From Candidatus Methylomirabilia bacterium (lineage in GTDB: Bacteria > Methylomirabilota > Methylomirabilia > Rokubacteriales > CSP1-6): a DNA stretch of 42,000 bases. Shown one piece after another: positions 8,742 through 17,938 of this stretch; the first letter of the stretch is position 1; each line of letters starts with the position of its first letter. The stretch is taken from positions 1 to 42,000 of the forward strand of contig JBGQEL010000032.1 of NCBI GenBank assembly GCA_041496385.1, given 5' to 3'. The position numbers and the translations under genes were made by a program. Under the pieces are notes generated by a model. That model searched no databases. It saw nothing but the letters and a program-made list of their open reading frames with translations, and was not told the origin of the DNA.

Positions 8742-9520
8742 CGACGATCGTCGGGATCGACTGCGCGACCGACCCCGTCAAGGTCGGTCTGGCGCTCGCC
8801 ACGCTGTCCGGCCGCAGGGGCCGGATCGCCAGGGTGGCCGCCGGACGAAAGAATGCGTCGCTCGCCGGCACCATCGCGCAGTGGATCCAGGGCACCGGCC
8901 GCGTGCTGCTCGCCGTGGATGCCCCGCTCGGCTGGCCCGTACCCTTCGGCGACCTCCTCGCGCGGCACCGCGCGGGCGAGGCGCTGTCGATCTCCGCGAA
9001 CGAGCTCTTCCGTCGCCTCACGGATCGCGAGGTCAAGCGCGCGCTCGGCAAGCAGCCGCTCGACGTGGGCGCCGACCGGATCGCCCGCACCGGCCACGCC
9101 GCGCTCGCGATCCTGGAGGAGCTGCGCGGGCTGACCGGCGCGCCGATTCCCCTCGCCTGGCGCCCGGACTTCGGGGAGACGATCGCCGCGATCGAGACGT
9201 ACCCGGCCGGCACCCTCGAGGCGCGCGGGCTCCCCTCGTCGGGCTACAAGCGGGACGACCAGCGGCCGGTCCGACGCGCGATACTCGCCGGCCTCCGCGG
9301 ACATCTCGAGCTCGACACAATCGCGGGCGATCTGCTCGCCGACGCCGACCAGCTCGACGCGGCGGTCTGCGTGCTGGCGGGCGTCGATTTCCTCCAGGGG
9401 CGCGCCACGCCCCCGCGCGACCTGGAACGCGCGCGGAAGGAAGGCTGGATCTGGGTACGGCCCCGGCTCAGGGCTTCTCGCGCGCGCGCCGCTGGGCCTC
9501 GGCGAGCACGCCGCGCTTGA
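8738..9520 (+). CDS. DUF429 family protein (predicted RNase H-fold nuclease)
   Basis: TIVGID, AVDAPLGWP, RLTDR, IETYPAGTL, DQLDAAVC, EGWIW. No ATG/GTG/TTG lies at the N-terminus; the apparent start is CTG overlapping the upstream TGA. Confidence 0.8.
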   Translation: MTTIVGIDCATDPVKVGLALATLSGRRGRIARVAAGRKNASLAGTIAQWIQGTGRVLLAVDAPLGWPVPFGDLLARHRAGEALSISANELFRRLTDREVKRALGKQPLDVGADRIARTGHAALAILEELRGLTGAPIPLAWRPDFGETIAAIETYPAGTLEARGLPSSGYKRDDQRPVRRAILAGLRGHLELDTIAGDLLADADQLDAAVCVLAGVDFLQGRATPPRDLERARKEGWIWVRPRLRASRARAAGPRRARRA

Positions 9521-9764
9521 GCGCGGGGATCGTGTGGCCGAGTTCGGGGTGACTCGCCCGCCGACCGCACTTCCGGCAGGGGTTTTCGACCGTGAGCCAG
9601 AGCAGGCCGCCCAGCGCCCGCTCACGCTTCTCGACGTGGCGCCCGCAGCCCGGACAGAACGGCCCACGGACCGCGCGCGGCGCGGCGTCGAGCGCGAGCT
9701 GCTGGACGTCGTCGCCCGCGAGCTCCCAGTCGAGATCGAAGCAGGAGAGTCGCGACGCGGCCAC
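9468..9764 (-). CDS. Small hypothetical Zn-ribbon protein
   Basis: 98 aa with CPGC...CRKC pairs, filling an otherwise empty gap. Confidence 0.6.
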   Translation of the reverse strand: MAASRLSCFDLDWELAGDDVQQLALDAAPRAVRGPFCPGCGRHVEKRERALGGLLWLTVENPCRKCGRRASHPELGHTIPALKRGVLAEAQRRAREKP

Positions 9765-9823
9765 GGCGGGCTAGCGCGGCTTCCCGTTGCTTCTGCGCGC
9801 GTGGCGCGACCGCGGGTCCTGTC

Positions 9824-9902
9824 GCGGGGGACCGCCCAGGGCGCCGAGCCACCCCCGCCCGGTGTGGGGTCCCCCGGCTCGGCGCCGGGGGGGGTCCCCC
9901 GC
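9824..9902. repeat. Long GC-rich intergenic palindrome (REP-like)
   Basis: GCGGGGGACC...GGCGCCGAGCC pairs with GGCTCGGCGCC...GGTCCCCCGC. Confidence 0.65.
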
Positions 9903-9946
9903 ACCACCCGCGGTCGCGACGCTCGCGCAGGCGACGGGGAGCCGCA

Positions 9947-10474
9947 TCAGATCGTCGAGTACCCGCCGCTGACGCTGATCGCCTGGCCGGTGATCCAGCC
10001 CGCATGGTCGGAGGCGAGGAACGCGACGGGCGCGTTGACCGTCACGTTGAGCCGCCCCAGCTCCTTGGCCAGCGTCTTCGTCATCGAGAGCACGCCGCCC
10101 CGGGCCGCGGCGGAGACGCCGATCCGCGGCTGGCCGACGCGCGCCGAGTCGCCCACGATGCTGACGATGCGGCCGGCGCCGTGCGCGGCGAGCCGCGACG
10201 CCGCGACGTGGCTCGTGTTCAGCATCCCGTAGAAGCAGACGTCCACCTGACGCCGCCAGTCCTCGGGCCTGGTCTCGAGGAACAGGCTCCGCTCCAGATA
10301 CCCCGCGTTGTTGACGAGGACGTCGAGCCGGCCGAGCTCGGCCACGATCCGATCCACGAGGCGGCTCACCGCCACGGCGACGCCCTCGCGCGCGAGGGTC
10401 AGCGAGATCTCGCGCCCGATGTCGCGCGCCCCGCCCGTCACCAAGGCAACACGACCGCCGAGCCCCAGATTCAC
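9947..10474 (-). pseudogene. Short-chain dehydrogenase/reductase with two apparent in-frame internal deletions
   Basis: VALVTGGARDIG, DVLVNNAG and ITGQAISVSGG are present, but the protein is only 175 aa. Segments are missing after GVAVAV and after VTVNA, and YxxxK reads SAAAR. Confidence 0.7.
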
Positions 10475-12870
10475 GCGTCCCTCTCATCACGTGTCTGCGA
10501 CAGGCCACCCACGGTCTTTGCGGGCTCGCGGGCCCCGCTACAATGAACCAGCCGGAACAGGCGCTCCGGCGTGACGGGCAGCTCGGTGATCTCGACGCCG
10601 AGCGGCGCCAGCGCGTCGGCGATCGCGTTGGCGACGGCGGCCGGCGCGCCGATCGTGCCGCCCTCGCCGACGCCCTTGAAGCCGCCGAGCGTGGTGGGCG
10701 ACGGGCGCTCGAGATGGTGCACCTCGATCGCGGGCACCTCGGAGGCCGTCGGCACGAGGTAGTCCATGAGCGTGCCGGTGAGGAGCTGGCCGTCGCCGTC
10801 GTAGACGACCTCCTCGAGGAGGGCCGCGCCGACGCCCTGGGCGACGCCGCCGATCGCCTGCCCCTCGACGATGAGTGGATTGATGATCCGGCCGCAGTCC
10901 TCGACGACCACGAAGCGGCGGAGCGTCACCGCACACGTCTCCACGTCCACCTCCACGACGGCGACGTGGCTCGCGTTGGACGCAGTGCCGAAGTACGGAT
11001 CGTAGAATCGCGTCGCCTCGAGCCCCGGCTCCATCCCCTGGGGAAGCCGCTTGGCGCCCGCGTACGCGGCGGCGGCGATCTCGCGAAGCGTCACGCTCCG
11101 ACCCGCGCCGCCGCGCACCGAGGCGCGCCCGTCCTCGAGCGCGAGGTCCTCGACGCTCGCCTCGAGCTGGTGGGCGGCGATGCGGAGGGCCTTCTCCTTG
11201 ACCGCGCGCGAGGCGAGCATCGCGGCACCACCGGCGATGACGGCGGTCCGGCTCGCGTAGGTCCCGGTGCCCGTCGGCGAGGCCGCGGTGTCGCCCTCGA
11301 TCACGCGCACGTCCTCGAGCCGCGTGCCGACCTCCGCGGCGACGACCTGCGCGAGCGTCGTCTCGTGCCCCTGGCCGTGGCACGCGACCCCGAACGTCGC
11401 CGTGACCGTCCCGCCCGGGTCCACGCGCACGGTCGCTCCCTCGGTGCCGGTGTTGATGGCCGCGCCGGGCGAGGCCGGGATGGCCGAGCCGACGCCCGTC
11501 AGCTCGACGTAGACCGCGACGCCGATGCCGAGCCAGCGCTTCCGCTCGCGCGCCCGGCGCTGCTCCTCGCGCGCCTGCGCGTAACCCGCGAGCTCGCGCG
11601 CGCGCTCCAGCGACTCGACGAAGCTCCCGCCGTCCCAGACGACGCCCGAGGGCGAGCGGTACGGGAACTCGTCCGGCCGGACGAGATTCTTCAGGCGCAG
11701 CTCGACGGGATCCATCCCGAGGCGGCGCGCGGCGCGGTCGAGCAGCGCCTCCGTGACGAACGTCGAGACGGGCCGGCCGACGCCGCGGTACGGCCCCATC
11801 GGCGCCTTGTTGGTCGCCACCCCCTGCGCCTCGCCGCGGTAGTGCGGCAGACGGTAGGGCCCGGGGAGGAAGCTGATCACCTGGATGACCTCGATCGAGG
11901 CCGTCCAGGGATGGACCGAGTAGGCGCCGACGTCGGCGAGCACGCGCGCCGAGAGCGCGCTCAGCGTCCCGTCGGCCGCGAGGCCGAGCCGGGCGTCGAT
12001 CAGCTCGTCCCACGCCTGGGTGCTCGTCAGGAGATCCTCGCGCCGGTCGCCGACCCACTTCACGGGACGGCCCAGCAGGCGGGCCAGCGCGCAGACGGTG
12101 ACCTCCTCGGGGTACAGCGCGCTCTTCACGCCGAAGCCCCCGCCCACGTCGGGCGCGACGACGCGCACGCGGTGCGCCGGAACGTCGAGCAGCTCGGCGA
12201 GCGCGTCGCGCAGGAGCCCGGGCACCTGGGTCGAGGACCAGAGCGTCAGCACCCCGCCGCCGGCGTCCCAGTCGGCGAGGCAGGCGCGGTTCTCCATCGT
12301 CACGCCGGCGTGACGGTGGAAGCGGAACCGGTCGCCCACGACGACGGCCGCCGTCGAGAGCGCCGCCTCGGCGTCGCCCTGGACGAACGCGCGCGCGAGC
12401 AGCACGTTCGTCCCCGCCTCCTCGTGCAGGAGCGGGCTCCCCTCCCGCGCGGCCGCCTCGACGCTCCCGACGACGGCCAGCGGCTCCCAGCCGACGTCGA
12501 TCAGCTCCACCGCGTCCTCGGCCGCGTAGCGGCTCTCGCCCACGACGGCCGCGACGGCCTCGCCCGCGTAGCGGACCTTGCCGACGGCGAGCGGCGGAAA
12601 GTCGGTCGCGTGATAGCCCTTCATCCGCGATTCGGCGCGGATCGGCCGCGCGAGCGGTTTCAGGTCTTGGCCGCCGAGGCACGCGCTGACGCCGGGCGCG
12701 GCCCGGGCGCGGCCCAGGTCGAGGTGGTGGATGCGAGCGTGGGCGTGCGGGCTCCGGAGAAACGCCGCGTGGAGCATGCGCGGCAGGACGATGTCGGCGA
12801 CGAACCGTCCGTGGCCCGTCAGGAGGCGCGCGTCCTCCAGGCGGCGGACGGGCGCGCCGATCAGGCTCAC
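10471..12870 (-). CDS. Xanthine dehydrogenase/CoxL-family molybdopterin-binding subunit (second large subunit)
   Basis: GTG 12870. RRLEDARLLTG, RSPHAHA, VGGGFGVK, PYRGVGR, GQGHET, EDCGRIINP, KGVGEGG. Confidence 0.93.
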   Translation of the reverse strand: MSLIGAPVRRLEDARLLTGHGRFVADIVLPRMLHAAFLRSPHAHARIHHLDLGRARAAPGVSACLGGQDLKPLARPIRAESRMKGYHATDFPPLAVGKVRYAGEAVAAVVGESRYAAEDAVELIDVGWEPLAVVGSVEAAAREGSPLLHEEAGTNVLLARAFVQGDAEAALSTAAVVVGDRFRFHRHAGVTMENRACLADWDAGGGVLTLWSSTQVPGLLRDALAELLDVPAHRVRVVAPDVGGGFGVKSALYPEEVTVCALARLLGRPVKWVGDRREDLLTSTQAWDELIDARLGLAADGTLSALSARVLADVGAYSVHPWTASIEVIQVISFLPGPYRLPHYRGEAQGVATNKAPMGPYRGVGRPVSTFVTEALLDRAARRLGMDPVELRLKNLVRPDEFPYRSPSGVVWDGGSFVESLERARELAGYAQAREEQRRARERKRWLGIGVAVYVELTGVGSAIPASPGAAINTGTEGATVRVDPGGTVTATFGVACHGQGHETTLAQVVAAEVGTRLEDVRVIEGDTAASPTGTGTYASRTAVIAGGAAMLASRAVKEKALRIAAHQLEASVEDLALEDGRASVRGGAGRSVTLREIAAAAYAGAKRLPQGMEPGLEATRFYDPYFGTASNASHVAVVEVDVETCAVTLRRFVVVEDCGRIINPLIVEGQAIGGVAQGVGAALLEEVVYDGDGQLLTGTLMDYLVPTASEVPAIEVHHLERPSPTTLGGFKGVGEGGTIGAPAAVANAIADALAPLGVEITELPVTPERLFRLVHCSGAREPAKTVGGLSQTRDERDA

Positions 12871-13346
12871 GGCGTCCGGAGCTGCGCGGCCGCCGCCTCG
12901 ACAGCCTTGATGATGCCGTGGTAGCCGGTGCAGCGGCAGAGCACCGCGGAGACGCCCTCGCGGATCTCGGCCTCGGTGGGCGCCGGGTTGGTCCGCAGGA
13001 AGTCGAGCGCCGTCAGCAGCATGCCGGGCGTGCAGAAGCCGCACTGGAGGCCGTGGTGCTCGCGGAACGCCTCCTGGAGGGGGTGGAGCTTGCCGTCGCG
13101 CATGAGGCCCTCGACCGTCGTCAGCGCGGCGCCGTCGGCCTGGACGGCGAACATGATGCACGAGCGCGCCGCCTCCCCGTTCACGAGGATCGTGCAGGCG
13201 CCGCAGATGCCGTGCTCGCAGCCGACGTGGGTGCCGGTGAGGCCGAGGTCCTCGCGCAGAAAATCCACGAGGAGCTTCCGCGGCTCGCAGCGCCCCTCGT
13301 GCCGCACGCCGTTCACCGTGAGGCGGACCGTCATCGGCTCAGCCAC
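12867..13346 (-). CDS. Mo-hydroxylase [2Fe-2S] small subunit (CoxS family)
   Basis: GCEHGICGAC, QCGFCTPG, LCRCTGY. Confidence 0.95.
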   Translation of the reverse strand: MAEPMTVRLTVNGVRHEGRCEPRKLLVDFLREDLGLTGTHVGCEHGICGACTILVNGEAARSCIMFAVQADGAALTTVEGLMRDGKLHPLQEAFREHHGLQCGFCTPGMLLTALDFLRTNPAPTEAEIREGVSAVLCRCTGYHGIIKAVEAAAAQLRTP

Positions 13347-14205
13347 GGGCCACGCCCAGCGCTCGCTTGATCGCGCGCTTCGTGAGCACGCCCGTCAGGT
13401 GCCGGCGGTACTCGGCCGAGGCGTGGATGTCCGCGTCGGGCGAGACGAGCTCGGAGGCGCGCCGGGCCGCCGCCTCGATCGCCGCGTCGCCCAGGCCGTC
13501 ACGCTCGAGGATCTCCTCGGCGGCGCGCAGGCGCAGCGGCACGGGCCCGGCTCCCGCGGTGGCCAGGCGCGCCTTCGTGCAGCGCGAGCCCTCGCGCACG
13601 ATGACCGCCGCGATCCCGATGATCGCGAAGTCGCCGTGGCGGCGCGCGAACTCCTCGAGCGCCCAGCCCGCGCCCGGCGGCATCGCCGGCAGGCGGACCT
13701 CGACCAGGATCTCGTCGGGCTCGAGGCTCGTCGTGAGATACGTCCGGAAGAGATCGCCGGCCGTCACCACCCGCTCGCCCTTCGGCCCGCGCGCGACCAC
13801 CTGGCCCTCGAGCGCCGTCAGCACCGCCGGGTACTCCGCGGACGGGTCCGCGTGGGCGATCGAGCCGCCGATCGTCCCGCGCGTCCGGATGGGCAGATGC
13901 CCGACCCACCGCGTCGCCTCACGGAGGAGCGGCAGCTTCCGCGCGACGAGGGGATCGAACTCGATCGTCCTTTGGCGCGTCATGGCGCCGAGCCTCACCT
14001 GGCCGTCGTGCTCGCGAACGTACGCGAGGCTCGCGATCCGGTTCAGGTCCACCAGCGCGGCGGGCCGGCTCAGGCGGAAGTTTAGGAGCGGCACGAGGCT
14101 CTGGCCGCCGGCGAGGAGCTTGGCGTCCCCGCCGTAGCGGCCCAGCAGCGCGAGCGCCTCGTCGACGCTCGCCGGCGCGTGGTAGTCGAACTTCGGCGGT
14201 TTCAT
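13339..14205 (-). CDS. Mo-hydroxylase FAD-binding medium subunit (CoxM family)
   Basis: ATG 14205 (ATGA overlap). MKPPKFDY, LAGGQSL, RGTIGGSIAHADP, RRHGDFA, ASAEYR. Confidence 0.95.
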   Translation of the reverse strand: MKPPKFDYHAPASVDEALALLGRYGGDAKLLAGGQSLVPLLNFRLSRPAALVDLNRIASLAYVREHDGQVRLGAMTRQRTIEFDPLVARKLPLLREATRWVGHLPIRTRGTIGGSIAHADPSAEYPAVLTALEGQVVARGPKGERVVTAGDLFRTYLTTSLEPDEILVEVRLPAMPPGAGWALEEFARRHGDFAIIGIAAVIVREGSRCTKARLATAGAGPVPLRLRAAEEILERDGLGDAAIEAAARRASELVSPDADIHASAEYRRHLTGVLTKRAIKRALGVARG

Positions 14206-16664
14206 GGCAACGCGGGGCGTGGGTGGCGTGCTGTGGGTACGGCGTGGCTCCGACTCGCCTGTTCGATCAATTTCCATAGTTTGGATGGGGTCATCGGGAG
14301 CTCGGTGATGCGGATGCCCAAGGGCTTGAGCGCGTCGCTGACGGCGTTGGCGATGACCGCGGGCACCGTCATGGAGGAGGATTCCCCGAGGCCCTTCGAG
14401 CCGAGCGGCGTCAGCGGCGAGGGCGACACGACGTGCCCGATCTCGATCGTCGGCGCCTCGGAGGCCGTCGGCACCAGATAGTCCATGAACGTCCCGGTGA
14501 GGCACTGCCCGTCCGCGTCGTACTGCACCTCCTCGTAGAGCGCGCCCCCGAGGCCGTGGAGCGCCCCGCCGTAGATCTGCCCCTCGGCAATCATCGGGTT
14601 GATGATCGTGCCGGCGTCGTGGACGCTCACGTAGCGGAGGATCCGGATCGCCGCCGTCTCCGGGTCCACCTCGACGGCCATCACCTCCGCGATGAAGCCG
14701 TAAGTGTTGGAGGAGTTCACGCGGTCCTCGGCGTCGACCGCCTTCGCCACGCTGAAGCCGAAGACCGCCGTGGCCTGGAGACCGGGCTCCATGCCCGGCG
14801 GCAGCGACTCGGTGTTCCAGTGCGCGCGTCCGGCGAGATCCTTGATCGTGTAGGACGGCGCCTTCCCCGCCTTCGCCCGCACGGCGCCGTCGCTGAACTC
14901 GAGCGCGGCGACGGGCATCTCCATGAGGTGGGCGGCGTACTCGACGAGCTTGGTCTTCAGCTTCCTGGCGGCGAGCGCCACCGCACTGGTGCCGACCGAG
15001 CCGAAGCGGCTCGAGTAGGTGCCCGAGGAGATCGACCAGACGCGCGTGAACGTGTCCATCTCGTCGACGACCGTCACGTCCTCCGGGATGAGCCCGAGCT
15101 CGTCGGCGACGATCTGCGAGACGACCGTCTGGTGGCCCTGGCCCTGCGGCGTCGAGCCGAGGATGGCGATCACGCGCCCGAGCGGATCCACCTTCACCGT
15201 CGCCGAGTCCACGGCGCCGGACTTCGGCAGGTACTCGGGCTTGGCGCGGAACTGCGGGTCGAGCGCCGTCGCGACGTAGCCCATGTTCGAGACGGACGGA
15301 TCCACCGCGACCGCCAGGCCGATGCCGAAGTACCGCCCGGCGGCGCGCGCGCGGGCCTGCTCGCGGCGGAGCTCGTCGTACCCGGCCATCTCCAGCGCCT
15401 TCTCGAACGCCGTCGGATAGTCGCCGCTGTCGTACAGCCCGCCCGATGGCGTGCGGTACGGCATCGCCGCCGGCCCGACGAGATTCCGGCGGCGCACCTC
15501 AGCCGGATCCATCCCGATCTCGTCGGCGAGCCGGTCCAGCATGCCCTCGGTCTCGAAGTAGAGGTGGCCGCACGCGTAGCCCCGATTCGGACCCGTGAGG
15601 CTCTTGTTGGTCATGACGGTCGACGCGTCGACCTCCAGGTGCTGGAACCGGTAGGGCCCGACGAAGTTGCCCGTGGGGCGAAAGCTGCAGCCGGGCTCGG
15701 GGCTCCGGATGTAGCCGCCGACGTTGTCGAGCCAGCGGAAGCGCATGCCGAGGATCGTGCCGTCCTTCCGGGCCGCGAGCTCCCGGTAGGCGACGCGGTC
15801 GGTGCCCGTGGACGACGCGAGCAGGTGCTCCCTACGGTCCTCGATCCACTTCACGGCGACGCCCGTCAGCTTCGCGGCGACGGCGATCAACGCCATGTAG
15901 GGATAGATCGACGACTTGATCCCGAAGCTCCCGCCGATGTCCGGGGGCACGATGAAGCGGAGCCTGTTCTCGGGCAAGCCCAGCACCCGCGCGGTGAGCG
16001 GATGCATGATGAACGGCCCCATGAAGTTGGACCACACGGTACAGACGCCCTCGAGCGCGTCCCAGCGGGCGATCACGCCGTAGGTCTCGATCGGTGTCGA
16101 GCCGTACTTCGGAAACTTGAAGCGCTCCCTGAGCACGACGTCGGCGTCGGCGAACGCGCGGTCCGGGTCGCCGTAGACGAGACGCCGGTTGTTGGCGAGG
16201 TTCGAGCCCACGGCCTCGTGGAGGACGGGCGCGCCCGGCTCGAGCGCGCGCTCGGGATCCACGACGGCGGGCAGCGGCTCGTACCGGACCTGCACGAGGT
16301 CGGCGGCGTCCTCGGCGATGTAGCGGTTCCGGGCGACGACGACGGCCACGGGCTCGCCGACGAAGCGCGCCTTGTCGGTCGCCGCGCAGTAGTAGTGGAC
16401 CGGCGCCGTGACGCCCACCGAGAAGGGCTTCGTGTGTTTCAGGACATCGGCGCCCGTGATCACGCCGGCGACGCCGTCCACCGCGCGCGCGGCCGAGCAA
16501 TCGTAGCCGAGAATGCGCGCGTGCGCGTGGGGCGAGCGCACGATGGCCGCGTGAAAGACGTTCGCGACCGGCGGATGGTCGTCGATGTAGGTTCCGCGCC
16601 CGGTGAGGAGCCGCGCGTCCTCGACGCGCCTGACGGGCTTGCCGATCCAGCTCTTCTCGCTCAT
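14202..16664 (-). CDS. Xanthine dehydrogenase-family molybdopterin-binding subunit (first large subunit; resembles the 2-furoyl-CoA dehydrogenase HmfA group)
   Basis: RVEDARLLTG, GGSFGIK, PNRGYAC, DPSVSNMGY, SGTYSSRF, HDAGTIINP, KGLGES. The HmfA resemblance is from recalled motifs only. Confidence 0.9.
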   Translation of the reverse strand: MSEKSWIGKPVRRVEDARLLTGRGTYIDDHPPVANVFHAAIVRSPHAHARILGYDCSAARAVDGVAGVITGADVLKHTKPFSVGVTAPVHYYCAATDKARFVGEPVAVVVARNRYIAEDAADLVQVRYEPLPAVVDPERALEPGAPVLHEAVGSNLANNRRLVYGDPDRAFADADVVLRERFKFPKYGSTPIETYGVIARWDALEGVCTVWSNFMGPFIMHPLTARVLGLPENRLRFIVPPDIGGSFGIKSSIYPYMALIAVAAKLTGVAVKWIEDRREHLLASSTGTDRVAYRELAARKDGTILGMRFRWLDNVGGYIRSPEPGCSFRPTGNFVGPYRFQHLEVDASTVMTNKSLTGPNRGYACGHLYFETEGMLDRLADEIGMDPAEVRRRNLVGPAAMPYRTPSGGLYDSGDYPTAFEKALEMAGYDELRREQARARAAGRYFGIGLAVAVDPSVSNMGYVATALDPQFRAKPEYLPKSGAVDSATVKVDPLGRVIAILGSTPQGQGHQTVVSQIVADELGLIPEDVTVVDEMDTFTRVWSISSGTYSSRFGSVGTSAVALAARKLKTKLVEYAAHLMEMPVAALEFSDGAVRAKAGKAPSYTIKDLAGRAHWNTESLPPGMEPGLQATAVFGFSVAKAVDAEDRVNSSNTYGFIAEVMAVEVDPETAAIRILRYVSVHDAGTIINPMIAEGQIYGGALHGLGGALYEEVQYDADGQCLTGTFMDYLVPTASEAPTIEIGHVVSPSPLTPLGSKGLGESSSMTVPAVIANAVSDALKPLGIRITELPMTPSKLWKLIEQASRSHAVPTARHPRPALP

Positions 16665-16676
16665 GGGAGGCGCTGC

Positions 16677-16706
16677 ACTCTAGTCAGCGCCGACCTGACC
16701 TGTCAA
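16677..16706 (-). promoter_or_regulatory. Sigma70-type promoter of the Mo-hydroxylase genes
   Basis: Minus strand TTGACA, 18 nt, TAGAGT, 12 nt, ATG 16664. Confidence 0.65.
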
Positions 16707-16734
16707 GCGAGCGGGCGCCCGGCGTCGCGCGCGG

Positions 16735-17934
16735 TCAGTGCCCGGCGCCGGGCACGGCGACGCCCTTGAACGCCGCGAGGCGCTTGGCGAGCGGCGTGTT
16801 GCGGCTCCGTCCGACCCGCACCTCACCGTCGATCACGACGCACGAGATGCCCGGGATGTCGCCGCGCGCGATCGCGTCCAGCGCGTCCCTCGCGAGCGAG
16901 GCCGCCGGCGCGTCGCAGACGACCAGATCGGCCGGCGCGCCGACGGCGATCGTCCCCGTCGCGGCCGGCAGGCGGAAGGCGCGCGCGTTGTTGCCCGTCG
17001 CGAGCGCGAGCGCCTCCGCCGGCGGGAAGTCGCCGAGCGAGGCCAGCTCGCAGACGCTCTTGAGCACGCCCATGGGCATGACACCCGTGCCCGTCGGCGT
17101 GTCGCTCGCGACGCAGACGCGCGCGAGCGCGCCGGCCTCCCGCGCGCGCCGCAAGATGTAGAGCGCCGAACGGAGGTTCCCCGCCTGGACGAGCTGGAGC
17201 GCCATGCCGGTCTCGCGGATGATCGTATCGAGCCCCGCCTCGTCGAGCGAGGTCGTCCCGCCGTTGATATGACCGCAGACGTCGGGCCGCAGATGCAGCA
17301 GGATATCGTGGCTGATCGGGCTCGAGCCGGGGATGGAGTTGCCGCCGCTGTGGGACATCACGCAGAGACCGTGCTTCTGCGCGCGGCGCACCTCGGGCTC
17401 GCCGTCCCGCGGGTGCGCGTAGCCGCCGAAGCCGTACTTGGCGTGGCGCACCCCATGGCGCGCCATCTCGGCGAAGTCCTCCTCCGTGAGGCCCGGTTCG
17501 AGCACCACGGAGCCCGCGTTCACCTTCATCCCGTTCGGATGGAAGTTCTCGAAGCACTTCGCCGCGGCGATCGCGAGCGCCTTGGAAGCCACGGGATCGT
17601 GCGGCCGCCCCGGCGCGTGGACGCCCTCGCCCGCGGAGACGACCGACGTGATCCCGCCGTGGACATAGGAGTCGAGGAAGTCGACCGTCTTCTGCCGCGG
17701 CGTGTAGTCCCCGAGCACCACGTGGCAGTGGGAGTCGATCAACCCGGGGATGACGGTCGCCCCCCGGCAGTCCACCACGGCGTCCGCCGCCGCGGCGCCC
17801 GTGCTGGACCGCGCGCCGAGGGCTGCGATCCGCCCGTGCTCGACGAGGATCGCCTCCGCCTCGAGCCGCGGCGCGGCGAGGACGCCCGTCACGAGGGCGC
17901 CGATGTTGACGAGCCCGAGCGTCGCCGGCGGCAC
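16735..17934 (-). CDS. Enamidase-like amidohydrolase
   Basis: PGLIDSHCH, GDYTPRQKTVDF, HGGITS, PGRP, LEPGLTEEDF, HINGGTT and SDTPTGTGV match recalled nicotinate-pathway enamidase motifs. Confidence 0.85.
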   Translation of the reverse strand: MPPATLGLVNIGALVTGVLAAPRLEAEAILVEHGRIAALGARSSTGAAAADAVVDCRGATVIPGLIDSHCHVVLGDYTPRQKTVDFLDSYVHGGITSVVSAGEGVHAPGRPHDPVASKALAIAAAKCFENFHPNGMKVNAGSVVLEPGLTEEDFAEMARHGVRHAKYGFGGYAHPRDGEPEVRRAQKHGLCVMSHSGGNSIPGSSPISHDILLHLRPDVCGHINGGTTSLDEAGLDTIIRETGMALQLVQAGNLRSALYILRRAREAGALARVCVASDTPTGTGVMPMGVLKSVCELASLGDFPPAEALALATGNNARAFRLPAATGTIAVGAPADLVVCDAPAASLARDALDAIARGDIPGISCVVIDGEVRVGRSRNTPLAKRLAAFKGVAVPGAGH

Positions 17935-17938
17935 GCCC

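Noticed and set aside
10471..16664. Aerobic CO dehydrogenase (coxMSL)
   Set aside because: Neither large subunit has the form I AYxCSFR motif (they read PYRGVGR and PNRGYAC), and no cox accessory genes are present.
10538..16769. Long alternative-frame ORFs (10543-12924, 10538-12682, 14433-16769, and similar ones at 21058-23349, 27049-29712, 33112-35094)
   Set aside because: They are Arg/Ala/Gly-rich, have no recognisable motifs and overlap well-supported genes. This is expected from stop-codon scarcity in high-GC DNA.
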